The position numbers and the translations under genes were made by a program. Of a stretch of 64,000 nt of DNA, positions 33,315 to 45,878 are shown piece by piece. The stretch lies in NCBI GenBank assembly GCA_946965045.2, contig OX337242.1:744001-808000 (forward strand). Reading direction: 5' to 3'. This DNA comes from Epithemia pelagica. Taxonomy: Eukaryota > Protista > Bacillariophyta. Each line of letters begins with the position of its first letter. Within the stretch, counting starts at the first letter, position 1. The notes beneath the pieces are model-generated. The model did not search any database, was not told the origin of the DNA, and saw only the letters and a program-made list of their open reading frames with translations.

Positions 33315-34068
33315 AGCTATTAAGTCTGGTCTGAGAGTTGTTTGGTTATCTCCTTAGATCGTATTTCTTCATGCCCATCTGAAAAAACCCGATACTACTC
33401 CTAGCATCTACGAAGAGCTAGGAATCCAGAATCGAGAGGGTAACGGGGTAAATGTGCCGCCAGGCTCGCGTCTCTTGCTTATACCCAAGAGGCTCGTTAA
33501 CTAGCAGAAATCTCGGCGCACGCGTATGGAATTAGAATTGTTTTGCCTTCTCTTTTTTCACTCTGCCTTCATATAAGGAAAAGCTGGGTTGTCGCGCCGG
33601 GTGATCTTGAATCAAATGCCGAACGAGCGCAGAAAGTTCCAGATTTGCTTTGCCTCGTTTTTTTCCACCGTAACGACGGCATTGCTTGCGTGTGGCTCAA
33701 AAAATTATGGGTTCTATCGCTGCTGCTCTCAATAAAAATGAACATTGACAGATTGTATAGGTAGCCGAGAGAGATGCTTCGTCCGGTCTGAACTTCCTCC
33801 TCCCAGAGGTGCAAGGGGCAAACCATGGATCCTTTGAATCTTTCCGATGTGATCAAAAGTATGTTCTGGTAACCTTGATCTTTCTTGCGTTTGTCATTGT
33901 TTTTGTGAAGAGGACCGGAAAACTCGACATGGTTCCAACATCCCGCGGGAGGATTAAGGTCACTCGTGTGCTGATTGGTGTTCTCACACTTATTATGCTT
34001 CTCGTCATCCCCCATTTTCTTCTCTTTATTGGAATTATCCTTTCTTTATTTCTTCTTGAACAACGGAC

Positions 34069-36087
34069 TTGCAATCTACAGGTCTGAATGAGCCCGGAGA
34101 CGGAGACAGTGATAAACAGCATGTCACCTTGGAGCAGTTGCGCCAATTACTGTCGCATGATGAAGAGCAAGGACTTATTCGAGCACAGGCAATTGATGCA
34201 CAAGTAGATCGAATATTATGCTGGAGAATTTCTTGCACCATTCCACAACTTGCCACTGGAGTTTCTCCCACTTCCTCGAGCAGTGGTGCCACATCGCTCT
34301 CAACCGTGCCCATTCAAACAGCCTTCACCACTTCCAGCACTAGTACTTTGGATCGTACTGCGTTAATTCTCACTTTGGAATGCCTTGCATTGTTGTGGAC
34401 CAAACCATCCACTACGGAGCGCCGAAAAGAAACGCGGCGACAAGGGGTGGATCTTTGCAATGGTCTTTTGTTGATATGGCAAAACTTTCCAAGCGACGAG
34501 AAACTCGTTCAGGCCATTCGACTCATTCTCAAATCATGGACTAAACTATGTAAAGACGATGCGGCAGTCCGACAGACCTTGATTCGTCAATCTAATTTGG
34601 TTTCTTTCCTGGGGGTACAGCTGGACCAAACAATAACCTCAACATCTACCACAACACAAATTCCCTCTTCATGTCCTCCATCGGGGTATCTTGCTCTTAT
34701 GAAACATGTCGTGTTTCGAGCGGAGAATGGGTCACAGAAAGAGTTCTTATTCCAGCAATGGAATGACGTTGTCGTTAGATGTGTCCTGCCATCAAGAGGT
34801 CCAAACAGCAGTGGTGGCATCATATGGACTGCAACCACCGATGTGAAGAACGAGTGTGTAGACGCAGCCTCGGCGATTTTATGGAATTGGGCTAGTTGGG
34901 GACCACTTGCTCGAAACATGGCTAAAAGTCATAGAATGTGGGAAACCATGCGAGAACTCTTGGACTATTCACGACAATCGGATCAACTTGCCGCCCAACG
35001 CAATGTGTTATCAACTATTGGAACTATCATTTCTTGTTTTAGCGGGAATAAACAAGAGCTTATGCTTCAAGATGATCGAGAGAACTACCAAGTTGTGGGA
35101 GCAGTAGCTGAACAGCTACAGCAGCAAACGTGGATCCTCAGTTCTTGCATTGACATTGTTCAAGAAACAAGCGATACGGATTCGAGAAGGAGATGTCTGA
35201 GGACAATCCGGTGTCTCAGTTCTTCTACCTGGGGAAGATTGTTTATGCAATCAAACACGGCAGTATCGAAGGATAAGCCTTTGCTTGCTTTACTGCTCCA
35301 AGTATTACGGAGACCAGAAACAGATTCAAATATTCACATTCAAGTTTGTCAGACTATTGTTTCTTTGTCCCCGTGTTGTTCAGAAGATTGGATCAAACCA
35401 TGGATCCCTCATTTCCAAGTAGCACTGATACAAAAGGTTCAAGATACACAAACGGAAAAAGGACTTTTGACCGCGGCACTCTCCGCGCTGAGTAGTCTTT
35501 GCAACGTAATGGACAATTTCGAGACACTTGAGGTTCTGGGCTGGAAAGGAGAGGATTCTTATTCAACTGCGTTCTACAAGCAATTGACGACGCTGTTGTC
35601 AACCCGGTACAGTGACGACGTTGACTTTCATCAAACAGTTGCAGAGTTTCTGAACAGTCTGGTTCTGTACGACAATCAGATCCATAATCATGTGAACAGT
35701 GCAGCGGCGGTTGTGGATGAGGACATTGACTCTATGAATGTCACAAATAGCCAACAGATGGAAGCGGAAGAACTTGGTACTAAATCAGCAGCTGCCAAGT
35801 CTCCACCGTCTTCTGATTGTTGCTTTTCCAACAACTTTCATGCAGTCCAGCTATTCTGCTTGCTTCTGTCGCCCACGAATCCAGAGTTTGAACGGTCGCA
35901 GCAAGTCACCATAGATACCTTGGGACAACTCGTTCACCATCACAGAGATTCGCGAAACAGAAAGGCTTTGGCAGATCATGAAGATTTGCTTACTGGGGTG
36001 GTAAACTTGTGTCTCCTGACAACTATCAAGGGTACAACCAAGGACGAGGCAAAACGAATAATATTGGCTCTGGTCCCCGAACTCTAA
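34069..36087 (+). CDS. Hypothetical alpha-helical (ARM/HEAT-like) protein
   Basis: 672-aa ATG ORF, Leu-rich amphipathic helical pattern. No catalytic motif recognised. Confidence 0.65.
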   Translation: MQSTGLNEPGDGDSDKQHVTLEQLRQLLSHDEEQGLIRAQAIDAQVDRILCWRISCTIPQLATGVSPTSSSSGATSLSTVPIQTAFTTSSTSTLDRTALILTLECLALLWTKPSTTERRKETRRQGVDLCNGLLLIWQNFPSDEKLVQAIRLILKSWTKLCKDDAAVRQTLIRQSNLVSFLGVQLDQTITSTSTTTQIPSSCPPSGYLALMKHVVFRAENGSQKEFLFQQWNDVVVRCVLPSRGPNSSGGIIWTATTDVKNECVDAASAILWNWASWGPLARNMAKSHRMWETMRELLDYSRQSDQLAAQRNVLSTIGTIISCFSGNKQELMLQDDRENYQVVGAVAEQLQQQTWILSSCIDIVQETSDTDSRRRCLRTIRCLSSSTWGRLFMQSNTAVSKDKPLLALLLQVLRRPETDSNIHIQVCQTIVSLSPCCSEDWIKPWIPHFQVALIQKVQDTQTEKGLLTAALSALSSLCNVMDNFETLEVLGWKGEDSYSTAFYKQLTTLLSTRYSDDVDFHQTVAEFLNSLVLYDNQIHNHVNSAAAVVDEDIDSMNVTNSQQMEAEELGTKSAAAKSPPSSDCCFSNNFHAVQLFCLLLSPTNPEFERSQQVTIDTLGQLVHHHRDSRNRKALADHEDLLTGVVNLCLLTTIKGTTKDEAKRIILALVPEL

Positions 36088-36454
36088 GGCTTTGGGGGGA
36101 CGAATGTGCCTTTGTTATTTGGCATGTTAACTGACAGACATTCTCTCGCTTTCTGGGAATGGTGTACATTAGCGAGAAGAGTGCAATCTCGAAAACGTAC
36201 TATCAATAGACATTCATCTTTCTGCATTCTGTACTTTCCACCATTTTGCCTTTCGTCCTTTTCGATATAACTCCGCTTCTCTAATGCCCTTTGGTATTAG
36301 GAGCTATTTGGTAGGTAGATAATTTCGATCGGTCCAAACGACAAATTGCATTGAAGAATCTTAACAAAAAATTATGATCAACGTTGGAGTTTCATTCCAA
36401 GAGAATCCTTTTGTGTTCCTCACTCCAACATCCAATACGCACGTACACAACACC

Positions 36455-37753
36455 ATGGCTTCCAGTGGTTCACAAACAGGCACCGACAAGCTTTTGTTGG
36501 CGGCAGTGGAGGGAGGAGGCACATCGTTTCGAGTCGTTGTTTGTGAAACCACTTGTGGCGCAACAGATTCACTCCACGGGACAGAAGAACCTAGAATCAT
36601 CGTGCAGGATGAATTCGACTCGAGTCATGACAACACTCCACAGCAAACGTTGCACCAGTGTGCCGATTTTTTCGAAAAGCACAAGCCTTTGAATGGAAGT
36701 GGGTATGCATCGCTGGGAATTGCCATTTTTGGACCCGTTGGTGTCCACGAGGATCAACCAGAGACATACGGAACTATCTTGTCCTCTTCGCCCAAAGCCA
36801 ACTGGCGAAATGTCGACTTTTTGACACCACTTCGCCAGGCATGTCAGGGTTCCAAAGGACAACCGTTGCCCGTTATTGTGGAAACAGATGTGAATGCGCC
36901 TGCTTTGGCGGAGTACATGAAAGCTACAGAATCGACCAAGGGGTCCGGTACGACAGGAATCACGGGCGACACTATATCAAGCGCTTCGTATATCACTGTT
37001 GGAACGGGTGTGGGAGTTGGGCTTGTAGTTAACGGACAGACTGTTCATGGTCGAATGCATCCTGAAGGTGGACATGTTCCGGTACAACCCCTTGAAGGTG
37101 ATCCGTTCAAGGGTTATTCTTGGGGAGAGCAATGTTCTCCTTTTCACGGAAGAAATACTGTGGAGGGCATTGCCTCATCCGTGGCTTTGACAGAACGCTT
37201 ACTGCAACGCCAACAAAAGAAGGACGCAGTAAGCGAAACTATCAATTCAGCAAAAGGACGTTCGATCTTGGCAGACATTGAAGACGACGATGATGAGTTG
37301 TTTGATCATGCAGCTAATGCGTTGGCGAACCTTTGTGCGACTCTCTTGCTCATGTTGTCCATGGAAAAAATTGTGCTAGGAGGTGGTTTAATGAAACGAA
37401 AGGGATTGCTGGACAAGATTCGGAATCGAACGGTGACTCTGATCAATGGATACTTGGAACTGCCGAGCGATATGAGTTCCTTGATCACGACGAGCTCTTT
37501 TGGAAATGATGCCGGTATTCATGGAGCGATTGTGTTGGCTCAACAAGCGTTGAGGCGCCATGCGCAACGTCAAGAAGAGTGGAAAAGAAAGACAACATCC
37601 ACTGGAAATGGCCCATCATCTTCTCAAGAAAGCGAGCGACGAATGAAACAGGAAGCTTTTGGAACGGGTGTCTGGCACGGAATAATCTTGGGTGCGGTTG
37701 CGACGGCAGCCATATTCAAATGGTGGTTGCCCGGGGGTTCTCGGCGGAGATGA
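36455..37753 (+). CDS. ROK-family fructokinase with a C-terminal hydrophobic tail
   Basis: AVEGGGTSF, ETDVNAPALAE, YITVGTGVGVG, MHPEGGHV and EGIASS. C-terminus GVWHGIILGAVATAAIFKWWLPGGSRRR. Start taken at MASSGS (36455). Confidence 0.88.
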   Translation: MASSGSQTGTDKLLLAAVEGGGTSFRVVVCETTCGATDSLHGTEEPRIIVQDEFDSSHDNTPQQTLHQCADFFEKHKPLNGSGYASLGIAIFGPVGVHEDQPETYGTILSSSPKANWRNVDFLTPLRQACQGSKGQPLPVIVETDVNAPALAEYMKATESTKGSGTTGITGDTISSASYITVGTGVGVGLVVNGQTVHGRMHPEGGHVPVQPLEGDPFKGYSWGEQCSPFHGRNTVEGIASSVALTERLLQRQQKKDAVSETINSAKGRSILADIEDDDDELFDHAANALANLCATLLLMLSMEKIVLGGGLMKRKGLLDKIRNRTVTLINGYLELPSDMSSLITTSSFGNDAGIHGAIVLAQQALRRHAQRQEEWKRKTTSTGNGPSSSQESERRMKQEAFGTGVWHGIILGAVATAAIFKWWLPGGSRRR

Positions 37754-38285
37754 TAACAGGATGAACGGCTGCCTTTTGAGGAATTCTTCTACAATACAAA
37801 TGGGCATGCTCACTAACGCAGAACATTTTAACGTAATTGTTAGCTTTGGACTAGAATAGACTCCACGATTGTTCACCTTTACCGGGGCACATCTTCGCTT
37901 ACGACCGTGCATCATCCATGGTCAATCATTTTGTCCGGAGTATGATGGTTTATGACCGTTGAAATCGTTGTTCGGAAGTAATCTATCTCTTTTTTATGTT
38001 GGGGGTTGGGGGTCGTGGTTTGCCCCCGAGGTCGGTTATGCTCGACAAAAACAATCGGCAGGACTCAGATCCAGACCAGGATCGAGTCGTCTTCACTTTT
38101 TCATCCTCATTGGAACGATTTGACAAATTCCAGCCGAGAGACCATGGCCAACTTGTCCAAAGCACTAATGGCGCCGGTGGAAGGGCTTGCCAAATGACTT
38201 TTGTCGACACTGGACATCTCGCAATGAGAACTGGAAATGAGACGGCATCTTATCCCAAAGACACAATGAAACAGGTCACGGCATA

Positions 38286-39155
38286 ATGGACAGTCACCAA
38301 TCAATCATCCCCCAAGCCCAAAGTTGGTGGGGCTTCATGGTTGTGACACATTTCCCAACAGACACAGCTGGAAATCACATCATCCGAGAGAGCGCGACAT
38401 TGGCAGCGCGCGCGAAAAAATGCCGCGGGACATGCTTTGCTTGGTGTCAAATTGTACCATCCCGAACATGTGCGTGCTATGGCCGGCGCTGTCCCGATCC
38501 GTTGAGAAGAGGTTTTGTCCTTCCACTTGTCACACCATGCTGGGACTATGTACGTTGAAAGTATTCCCTCCCGAACTCTATGACACCACTCTCAGTCTTT
38601 CAGTAGGCATGCACGCGGAACGTCATCATGTGCTTCGTGGAACAAACAGCCCCACAACGATGGTCCCCAAAATCCTCTCCCCAGATTTTTCGGGAACTTG
38701 CTCTTTCATTATTGTTGGCGCATCGATCAAGGGAAGGAACACTTATCTCATTGAGAAACAAACACGATCTACGGTCACGAGATCTTCACCGCAAAAGATC
38801 GACAATGAGAGCGTCAATTCAAAGCAGTAGCGACGATTTGACTTCGCAGGAGCTATTTGAATTGGTGGCTTCTCGTGACCATGAAGCTCTTTGCATCCTC
38901 TATGCTCGAGTGGGGCTTCACACAATTCAACGACACACCACCGCGCACCGCGAGCGTGCCGGTAAGTACTAGATGCGTTGTGGTATTATTTGGTCAACCC
39001 CACCTTCCCACGAAGGTGCAATGGAACGTTGCGCTTTGTCAAGTTTGGCGCTGGTTTGGCAAACTGGAACGGACAAAACCATAAGGTGCACCTCTGGTAC
39101 GGGTGCGCTCCACTGTACTTTTGCAGCGGACGCCTCCTCCGCCCATAACCATTAA
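38286..39155 (+). CDS. Possible 3-exon hypothetical gene
   Basis: GT-AG introns 38550-38606 and 38962-39015 would join ORFs 38286, 38628 and 38973 in frame. No recognisable domain. Confidence 0.25.
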
Positions 39156-39315
39156 ATTCGAGCGAAGGCGAAAGCATATTGGAAGAGTGTTGTTCATTCC
39201 TTCCCACCTGCACCGCACATTCGTTTCGTGGTCACTCCGCTACCAGAGCTCACTTTGTCTTTTCTTTCCTGTCGTGATGATGTCCAAAACCATTTAACTG
39301 GGGTCAGAAGAGAAA

Positions 39316-41574
39316 ATGGATGACAGCGGTTTCTGGCATTCACCGATAAGACGGGGATCGAGTCATGATCAGATTGCCATGTACAACCAGCTCCTTCGGG
39401 AACTTTCGTTGTTTGTGACCCAGAAAGATGATATGTGCAGCACTCTTCCGCAGAAGAAGAAATCCAAGGTTGAGGTGTCTGCTGATGCCGAGCGGTTGTT
39501 ACGAGATGCTGTCGCTGCTTTCTCGGACGCGAGACCGCCAACGAATTTTGTCGTATTCGAAGACTTATCGGAGGAAATAAGCAGCGGAAGCCACAACACC
39601 GTGGATGGGCACCGCGATGTCGGGACAGGAATGGATGGACCACCAATTTTTGATGGCAGCGTCGCCAACGCTACTCCGCAAACGGGCGGTGCTGGTACCA
39701 TTTTGCACCTTGCATGTGCGCTGGATGAACCTCTTTGCCTGGCGTTTGGTCTCGCCATGGGTGCTGACGCGCGAGCAACCCATACAGCCTTCCGAAGGCT
39801 CATGATACACGAGGCAGCGTGCAATGGTAGTATTCAGTGTCTGACGCTATTGTTGGAACTCGGCCGACAATACGGGAGCAACCTTCAAGACAACGATGCC
39901 GACGCCAAACTGCCACCGCGCATGTCGAGACACGCTCGTGGCTTTGAGCTTCCGTTTTTGCCTCGTCGATTGGATCGATCAGAGGTCATGGCACCCCTTC
40001 ATATGTACGCCTACCAGGGAATCCATGCGCCTCCACAGCCATTGCAAACAGAACGATTGACTCACGAGCGTACCATGCCTGTAAGTGGTCCGGGAGGATT
40101 CATCGGACGAAAAAAGAAACAGCAACAAAAGACTCTTCCTGGCACCGATTTCTTGACTCTTTTGCAAAGTTTTCGCATGTATGCGCGACAAGTGAAAGAA
40201 GGAGAGCTCTCGGAACTAGATGCTGCTCGCAAAGTTTTGCAGCTATCCACTCTTTCCGAATCCTCGAAACTGTCTCTTGCCCGTTCTTGCGCCTTTAAAA
40301 GTGGTCAGACGCAAAAAGAACCAGAAATGTCTTTGCGCAATCGGGTTCGTCACAACATTCACCAAAGCAACAATAGTACGTCGGACGGACATGGAAACAC
40401 GCCTTTGCATTGGGCAGCTTTTAAGAATGAAACGGAATGTGTGAGTTTGCTTCTCAGTTACGGTGCCAACCCGAACGCCCGGGCACATCCCTCGGGTTGG
40501 ACACCTCTTCACGATGCCGCGTACAGTAACTCGATGGAGTCTGTTGAGCTTCTGGTTGATGCTGGAGCTGCAGTAGATGCTCGGGCCAACTCAGGGGCTA
40601 CTCCTCTTTGTTTCGCAGCACAAGAAGATTCGGCACGGTCGGCCGAGCTTTTGCTGCGGCGTGGAGCGGACTTGTCAGCGCGATGCGCGGGTGGGCCGCT
40701 TCGCGAAGATGGGAGTCAACTACCATCAAGCTCGTCGCGCTTTTCTGGCTACACGCCCCTTCATTACTGCGCCCACTACAATGCCAAAGCAGCCGCCCGC
40801 ATCTTGTTGCAACATCCCTCGGCAAATGTGGCGATGGAAATTCCAGACCTCAACGATCGCCTTCCTATCCACGTGGCAGTTGCTCGAGGTTCGTCTGCGG
40901 TTCTCAGGGAACTGCTGCATGCTGGTGCACGCGTCGTGACACGATCGCTGGAGGAAAGTAGTAGCTCAGGTTCTGATACAACTTCATCCTCGACATCCTC
41001 CCCTGTACCTACATCTCCAGCGTCTTCCGAGCCTACGACACCCCGTGAGAGAGGAAACATGTCCAGCGGCAGCAGCAATGGGGTTGTCGTTGTGTCCACC
41101 CCTGTCTCGTCTCCTGTCCTTCGGTCCATGATTCCAAGCCAACCAGTGAATTCGTCCAAGCCTTGGAACTGTTTGAGTCAACAATCGATTGACGAATGCC
41201 GAGATTTAATTCATCAGGCTGAGCAACACTGGTCACCCACCAGAAATAATTTGTTTACCCCAGCGGATCGGCGATCGGTTCTTACTTTGCTTATGACCGG
41301 TAAGCGACTCGAACAATCGCACGGGATCTTTATCGATCTATGGCCACAAGTCTTATCATTTTGTGGCCGTGGATGGTTTGACCCGATTGATCCGAGTCAT
41401 GCTCCAACCGTGGTTTTGGTGGACCCCAGTGTTTCCACTCCGTCTTCGTCGGCGCTCTACTATAACACCCACGCTGACGGACAACACAGAGAAGATGTTG
41501 ACATGGCCATGACGCCAGTTAGCCATGCAACTGAAAACAGCTACGACGATAGTCTCTCGCTTCCTGCACTCTAA
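39316..41574 (+). CDS. Ankyrin-repeat protein
   Basis: Ankyrin repeats GNTPLHWAA, GWTPLHDAA, GATPLCFAA, GYTPLHYCA and LPIHVAV. Conserved-looking C-terminal segment (WSPTRNNLF...LWPQVLSFCGRGWF). Confidence 0.9.
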   Translation: MDDSGFWHSPIRRGSSHDQIAMYNQLLRELSLFVTQKDDMCSTLPQKKKSKVEVSADAERLLRDAVAAFSDARPPTNFVVFEDLSEEISSGSHNTVDGHRDVGTGMDGPPIFDGSVANATPQTGGAGTILHLACALDEPLCLAFGLAMGADARATHTAFRRLMIHEAACNGSIQCLTLLLELGRQYGSNLQDNDADAKLPPRMSRHARGFELPFLPRRLDRSEVMAPLHMYAYQGIHAPPQPLQTERLTHERTMPVSGPGGFIGRKKKQQQKTLPGTDFLTLLQSFRMYARQVKEGELSELDAARKVLQLSTLSESSKLSLARSCAFKSGQTQKEPEMSLRNRVRHNIHQSNNSTSDGHGNTPLHWAAFKNETECVSLLLSYGANPNARAHPSGWTPLHDAAYSNSMESVELLVDAGAAVDARANSGATPLCFAAQEDSARSAELLLRRGADLSARCAGGPLREDGSQLPSSSSRFSGYTPLHYCAHYNAKAAARILLQHPSANVAMEIPDLNDRLPIHVAVARGSSAVLRELLHAGARVVTRSLEESSSSGSDTTSSSTSSPVPTSPASSEPTTPRERGNMSSGSSNGVVVVSTPVSSPVLRSMIPSQPVNSSKPWNCLSQQSIDECRDLIHQAEQHWSPTRNNLFTPADRRSVLTLLMTGKRLEQSHGIFIDLWPQVLSFCGRGWFDPIDPSHAPTVVLVDPSVSTPSSSALYYNTHADGQHREDVDMAMTPVSHATENSYDDSLSLPAL

Positions 41575-41977
41575 TTCCAAAGAGTGTTCCGAACAAGTAC
41601 TATGTGAAAGACTAATTGGAAGGCATCATTTGGGTTGACAAACTTACCATGTGAAGTCAAGATCTGAACTGGAAAGGACTACCTTAGTGGATGGCTTTGC
41701 AGTTACTACAATTTAGTGACAAAATGCCAAGAAATCATTTGGCTGTATAAAGTATCATCACCTCTTATCGCTGGGTGTGGTGTTAGTCTCTCCTCTTCAA
41801 ATATTACATCTGGTATGGCTCCTTTCTCTATGATAGGTTGTGCGTTCTTCGTAGAACAAATAATGAAGAGGGAAGAGATGTTAATAAGCCATGGTCTCCA
41901 ATGCTGCTATCTGTTTCAGAACAGATAACAGGTTCAGGAGGGGAGTCTGGTGGAGCTGAAATCAGGTGAGGTCATAA

Positions 41978-42035
41978 TTGAACCACTTCTTGCGATTCGA
42001 TGGGTTGAACCACTTCTTGCGACTCGATGGGTTGA
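41978..42035. repeat. 27-bp tandem duplication
   Basis: TTGAACCACTTCTTGCGA(T/C)TCGATGGG x2 plus TTGA. Confidence 0.85.
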
Positions 42036-42520
42036 CGTTGCAACACATGAAGTGCGAATCTGGTTCTCTTTTCATGGACTGCTTTGAAGCCAATGAGTGA
42101 CAAGCCTATGCTTGAGAAATATGTTTCAACCTGGATGAATAACAAATATTGCCTTGCTCACGATAACTATGTATGGCCTTCCTCATGTCGAGTAAATGAA
42201 CAAGCCCTAGCGATAAGTGGCCATAGATTGGTTGTTTTGACTTTGACTGCTTGGTTGTTTCGATTAATGGTCTCTCGGAGGCTGAATCCAAAGAAGATGC
42301 GAGTTCATGTAAGGAAAATGGAACTTGAGACCATGAAACCTACTCCAAGGAGTTCTGTTGTCATCACACCTCACAGCTTGATGGCATACGCATTATAGGC
42401 AGTGTGTTCATAACTTTACAACTTTTCTATACTCAATGACAACAATAAAAACGTAGCTCGTCGGTAAGATAGCATTGAAAAATTCACATCCTTTCGTCTT
42501 CTTCGTTATGGCCTGTCGGT

Positions 42521-44283
42521 TCAATTCGTTCCTTCCGTCGTGTTGGTTCGCAGTTGCGAAGAGGAAGTTGTCAAAAAGTTATCATCATTCAACCAGACCA
42601 TTAGAACACAAACGTTGTCTCCTGTCCCTCTCCGAACTGCCTCTCTGACAATCGATCGCGCCATGTTTCGGCGAAGGACAAGGCGATAATTATCAATGTC
42701 CTCTTGTGTAGTCAGCTCCTTGCGTGCCAATTCTGATTCAAACCTCCTTTTCACATACGACACCACATCTTGACTGCTCATGACATCCCACAAACCATCG
42801 CTCGCCAGAATCAAGAACTCATCCTTTCCTTCAACGACCGGGAAAAGCTGGATATCCACTTCACCGCTGACAACCGGCTTGGCATAGGCATCACCGATCG
42901 CTCGGCTAAGACTCAAAGTCTCCACTCGATGAACTTTGGCAAGGGCATCCCATTCAATTGTGCCTCCATGTCTCTTGATTCGAGCCATTTCCCGCTCTTC
43001 GTTCGGTTTGTGATCACGAGTCAGATCCACCGCCACTCCCTGCCTTGAAAGAACGGCGCGCGAGTCACCCACATTGGCCGACACCAAGGTACGAGTTCCA
43101 TCCTGCTCTTCATGGACCCACACCGCCACAGCAGTACTTCCCTGTGCGTTCAATTCCTCATGCTTCAACACATGTTCTTCTGCTTCGTTAAACGCAGATC
43201 GCAACGCTGCGACATGAGAGGCAATACTCGCCGTTCGGGTCGGATCCGAACCACTACTGCTCTTTTGAGAAAAGGGATGGATGTCATCAATCTCCCACCT
43301 CTTTCGTTTCAAGGCATTGGTGGCCAAATGGTAGAGATTCTGTTGTAAATACGAGCTCACAGAAGCTCCGCCATGTCCATCAAACACAGCCACAAAACGC
43401 CCTCCTTGTCCAACAAAGAATGTATCCTCCATGGTAAGTCTTTGTCCTTTGATTGCTCGAACAGAAAGCTATAGAGAAAAGCCAATAGGAATGAGCAAAT
43501 AGTGAGGAAAAAGTTTTATGGACGAGCCCAGGTACGAACATGATATGAAGGACTTACATCATACGGTTCATCGTGGCGACGTTGAGAGGCCGAAGTGGGT
43601 GTTGTAATATCACCCATAGGTTCGACCCTTTTTGACTTGCCACCTTCGTCTCCATCCTTTCCTCCACCAATGTTCGTCTCTTCCCGAAACCCTGAAGTGA
43701 GTTCGGCAACCCTTTCATGGGGGTAAATGATTGCAACCCGAGGGTCCAAATAGAGAGCACTCGTGGCAATCAGAGGAGCTGTGTGTTCCCCCTGTCGCGT
43801 ATTCATAAAGCCATTTGGTTCCTCTGACGCACCTCCTCGGGGGAACTTTTCTCCATCCATGACATGGGGTTTCAATCTCGCTTGCTCAGAGGACCAGTGC
43901 GACAACAACACAGCAGAAGTGCTTGCGGCAAAGACGAATATGCCTAGCATCTCTGTGTACCAAGATGATTCCGAATTTTTCGAATACGATGATACGTTGG
44001 ATTTGGATACGGATCTTGTGGTGGACAATGGTCTCGAGGCGAGTCTACGAAGCTCATCTTGTCGCCTTGTCCACGAGGGTAGATGCGAACGGGTCTCCAA
44101 TGAATTATGAACTCTGAACTTGCTACTTCCAGATACGACCCAGAAAGAACGATTGTGGCCCTCAGAACTGTAGTGCAATCTTCCTCGCCGCGTGGCACCA
44201 AGCCGACGACCAATGGTGGCCTCTTGACAACAAGAACAAGCAGAAGCGGCGGAGAGAAGGCTCATGTTGATGAATAAGGCCAA
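42521..44283 (-). CDS. PP2C (PPM) protein phosphatase, 2 exons
   Basis: Exons 44283-43558 and 43468-42521; intron 43557-43469 (GAT|GTAAGT...CTATAG|CTT). Motifs KGQRLTMED, VFDGHGG, ANVGDSRAV, DHKP, SRAIGD, ASDGLWD and DN. Confidence 0.9.
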
Positions 44284-45149
44284 CTTTAAACAGATGATTC
44301 AACCCTGCAACAAGAGAACTCGCTCATCCAACTCTTCCCAACTTGGTCGGTTCTGATCATGGGCAGTTGTGGAGCGGCCTGAAAAGACAGACGTGAGACA
44401 GAAGGTCCAGACCAAAGGCAAAGACATGAAGAAGAGGAAGAACCAGCGAACAACGACAGTTCTTGCGAACTGGAGTGCCACAGAAGGAGGGCAAACCAAT
44501 TGGGTCACTTACGTAATCCAGCGTGGTAGATCCCCGCGTTTCCCCCACTCCCCCGCACTGGTCTACACTTTACAGCTTACAACTCATCACCATCATCAGA
44601 AGATGGGGATTCGAAAACTACCGACACTATCCGTCATAGTCATAGCTCATCAATGGCTTTATGGACTTGGAGTGGCATCTTGAACGACACTTATTGCAGG
44701 GCACCAAATTGTCAACCGCATCTTACACTGAGCAATGAACCTATCTACTGCAAGCAATCTATCGAGAGTCAACGCCACAGAACGATGTTTCAAAGATATT
44801 CAAAGTGGATGAAGGTTTCAATGCAAGTGAAACAGGTGTCAATGAGAATTGGATTTGCCGCGTGAGACGTTGAGATGGTGTACCTCTAGCTTGGCGGCAT
44901 GTGTGTGAAAGTGAACGTGTTCCTAAGAAAAAGCATGATTGTGACCAGTCGATGTGTCTCCAAAGACCGCGATTCGACAACCTTGCGTGAGAATCAGGAT
45001 ACGTTCAGTAAGCTCACCTTTTCCTACCTAGCTAGGACTCTCGTTCGCTCCCATAGCTGCGTTTGTTGAGTCTACCTACCGTAAGGGTGGGGTAGATGAC
45101 TCTTGTGCAAGTGTGGCTGAAGCGAGGACTAGTTTCCCTTTCCCATTCC

Positions 45150-45236
45150 GATTTCCGATAGGATAGCTGCGATAGTTCAATCGTTTTGGGGGATTTCCGA
45201 TAGGATAGCTGCGATAGTTCAATCGTTTTGGGGGAT
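45150..45236. repeat. 42-bp tandem duplication in an intergenic region
   Basis: GATTTCCGATAGGATAGCTGCGATAGTTCAATCGTTTTGGGG x2 (45150-45191, 45192-45233). Confidence 0.9.
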
Positions 45237-45878
45237 GGATCCCACGAAAACCAATCCCACAACGAACACAATGGGTCCCACAATGAAGGACAACGGCAAA
45301 CTCTCACGTAATAGTCCCCTCTCCATTGTCTCTATATCCATCTACCAAGTAGAGACAGAGAGCAAGTACGGTTGGAGCAGGCTCACTGTTTTCGTTGATC
45401 GAGTCCGTTGCTGCAATGGCCTGTCTTATGTCTATCCACATCTATTCATAGTGTAGGACCTGTATCATGGTCTTTCTTCCTTTCTCTATAAATCGAACTA
45501 GGTAGAGCGTGTCACACTTTACCATCGTTGAAACAAGAATATGATGCCGTAGTGGGTAGTGGAGTGTTGTGTAGTTGTTTCACGAGCCGTTCCCAGTTGC
45601 GTTCGATGGATGCCGTACAATGTCGGGGGTCATTGGTCATTGTCAGTCATAGGAACTTGGCGGGACCACCGCCAAAGACTTGTGTGTTCCGTGTCACTGG
45701 CTCGTGAGCGCTACCTCAACTACAGATATATCACTGTGGTTCCGTCGGGTATCCTTGATGTGGCGGTAGATGTCTTCCATCTCCCACCACCAAAAGATTC
45801 CCACGAGTTTCAGCCTTGCCTTCCCACAAAACAAAAAAGAGGCAACACACAAGGCACTCTCGAACATTACCATCAAAA

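Noticed and set aside
33569-34146. Hydrophobic short ORFs upstream of the ARM-like gene
   Set aside because: Hydrophobicity reflects T-rich promoter/UTR sequence; overlapping ORFs on both strands and no motif.
41700-42420. CpG-poor intergenic stretch, possibly another TE relic
   Set aside because: Could not reconstruct a coherent frame or termini by eye.
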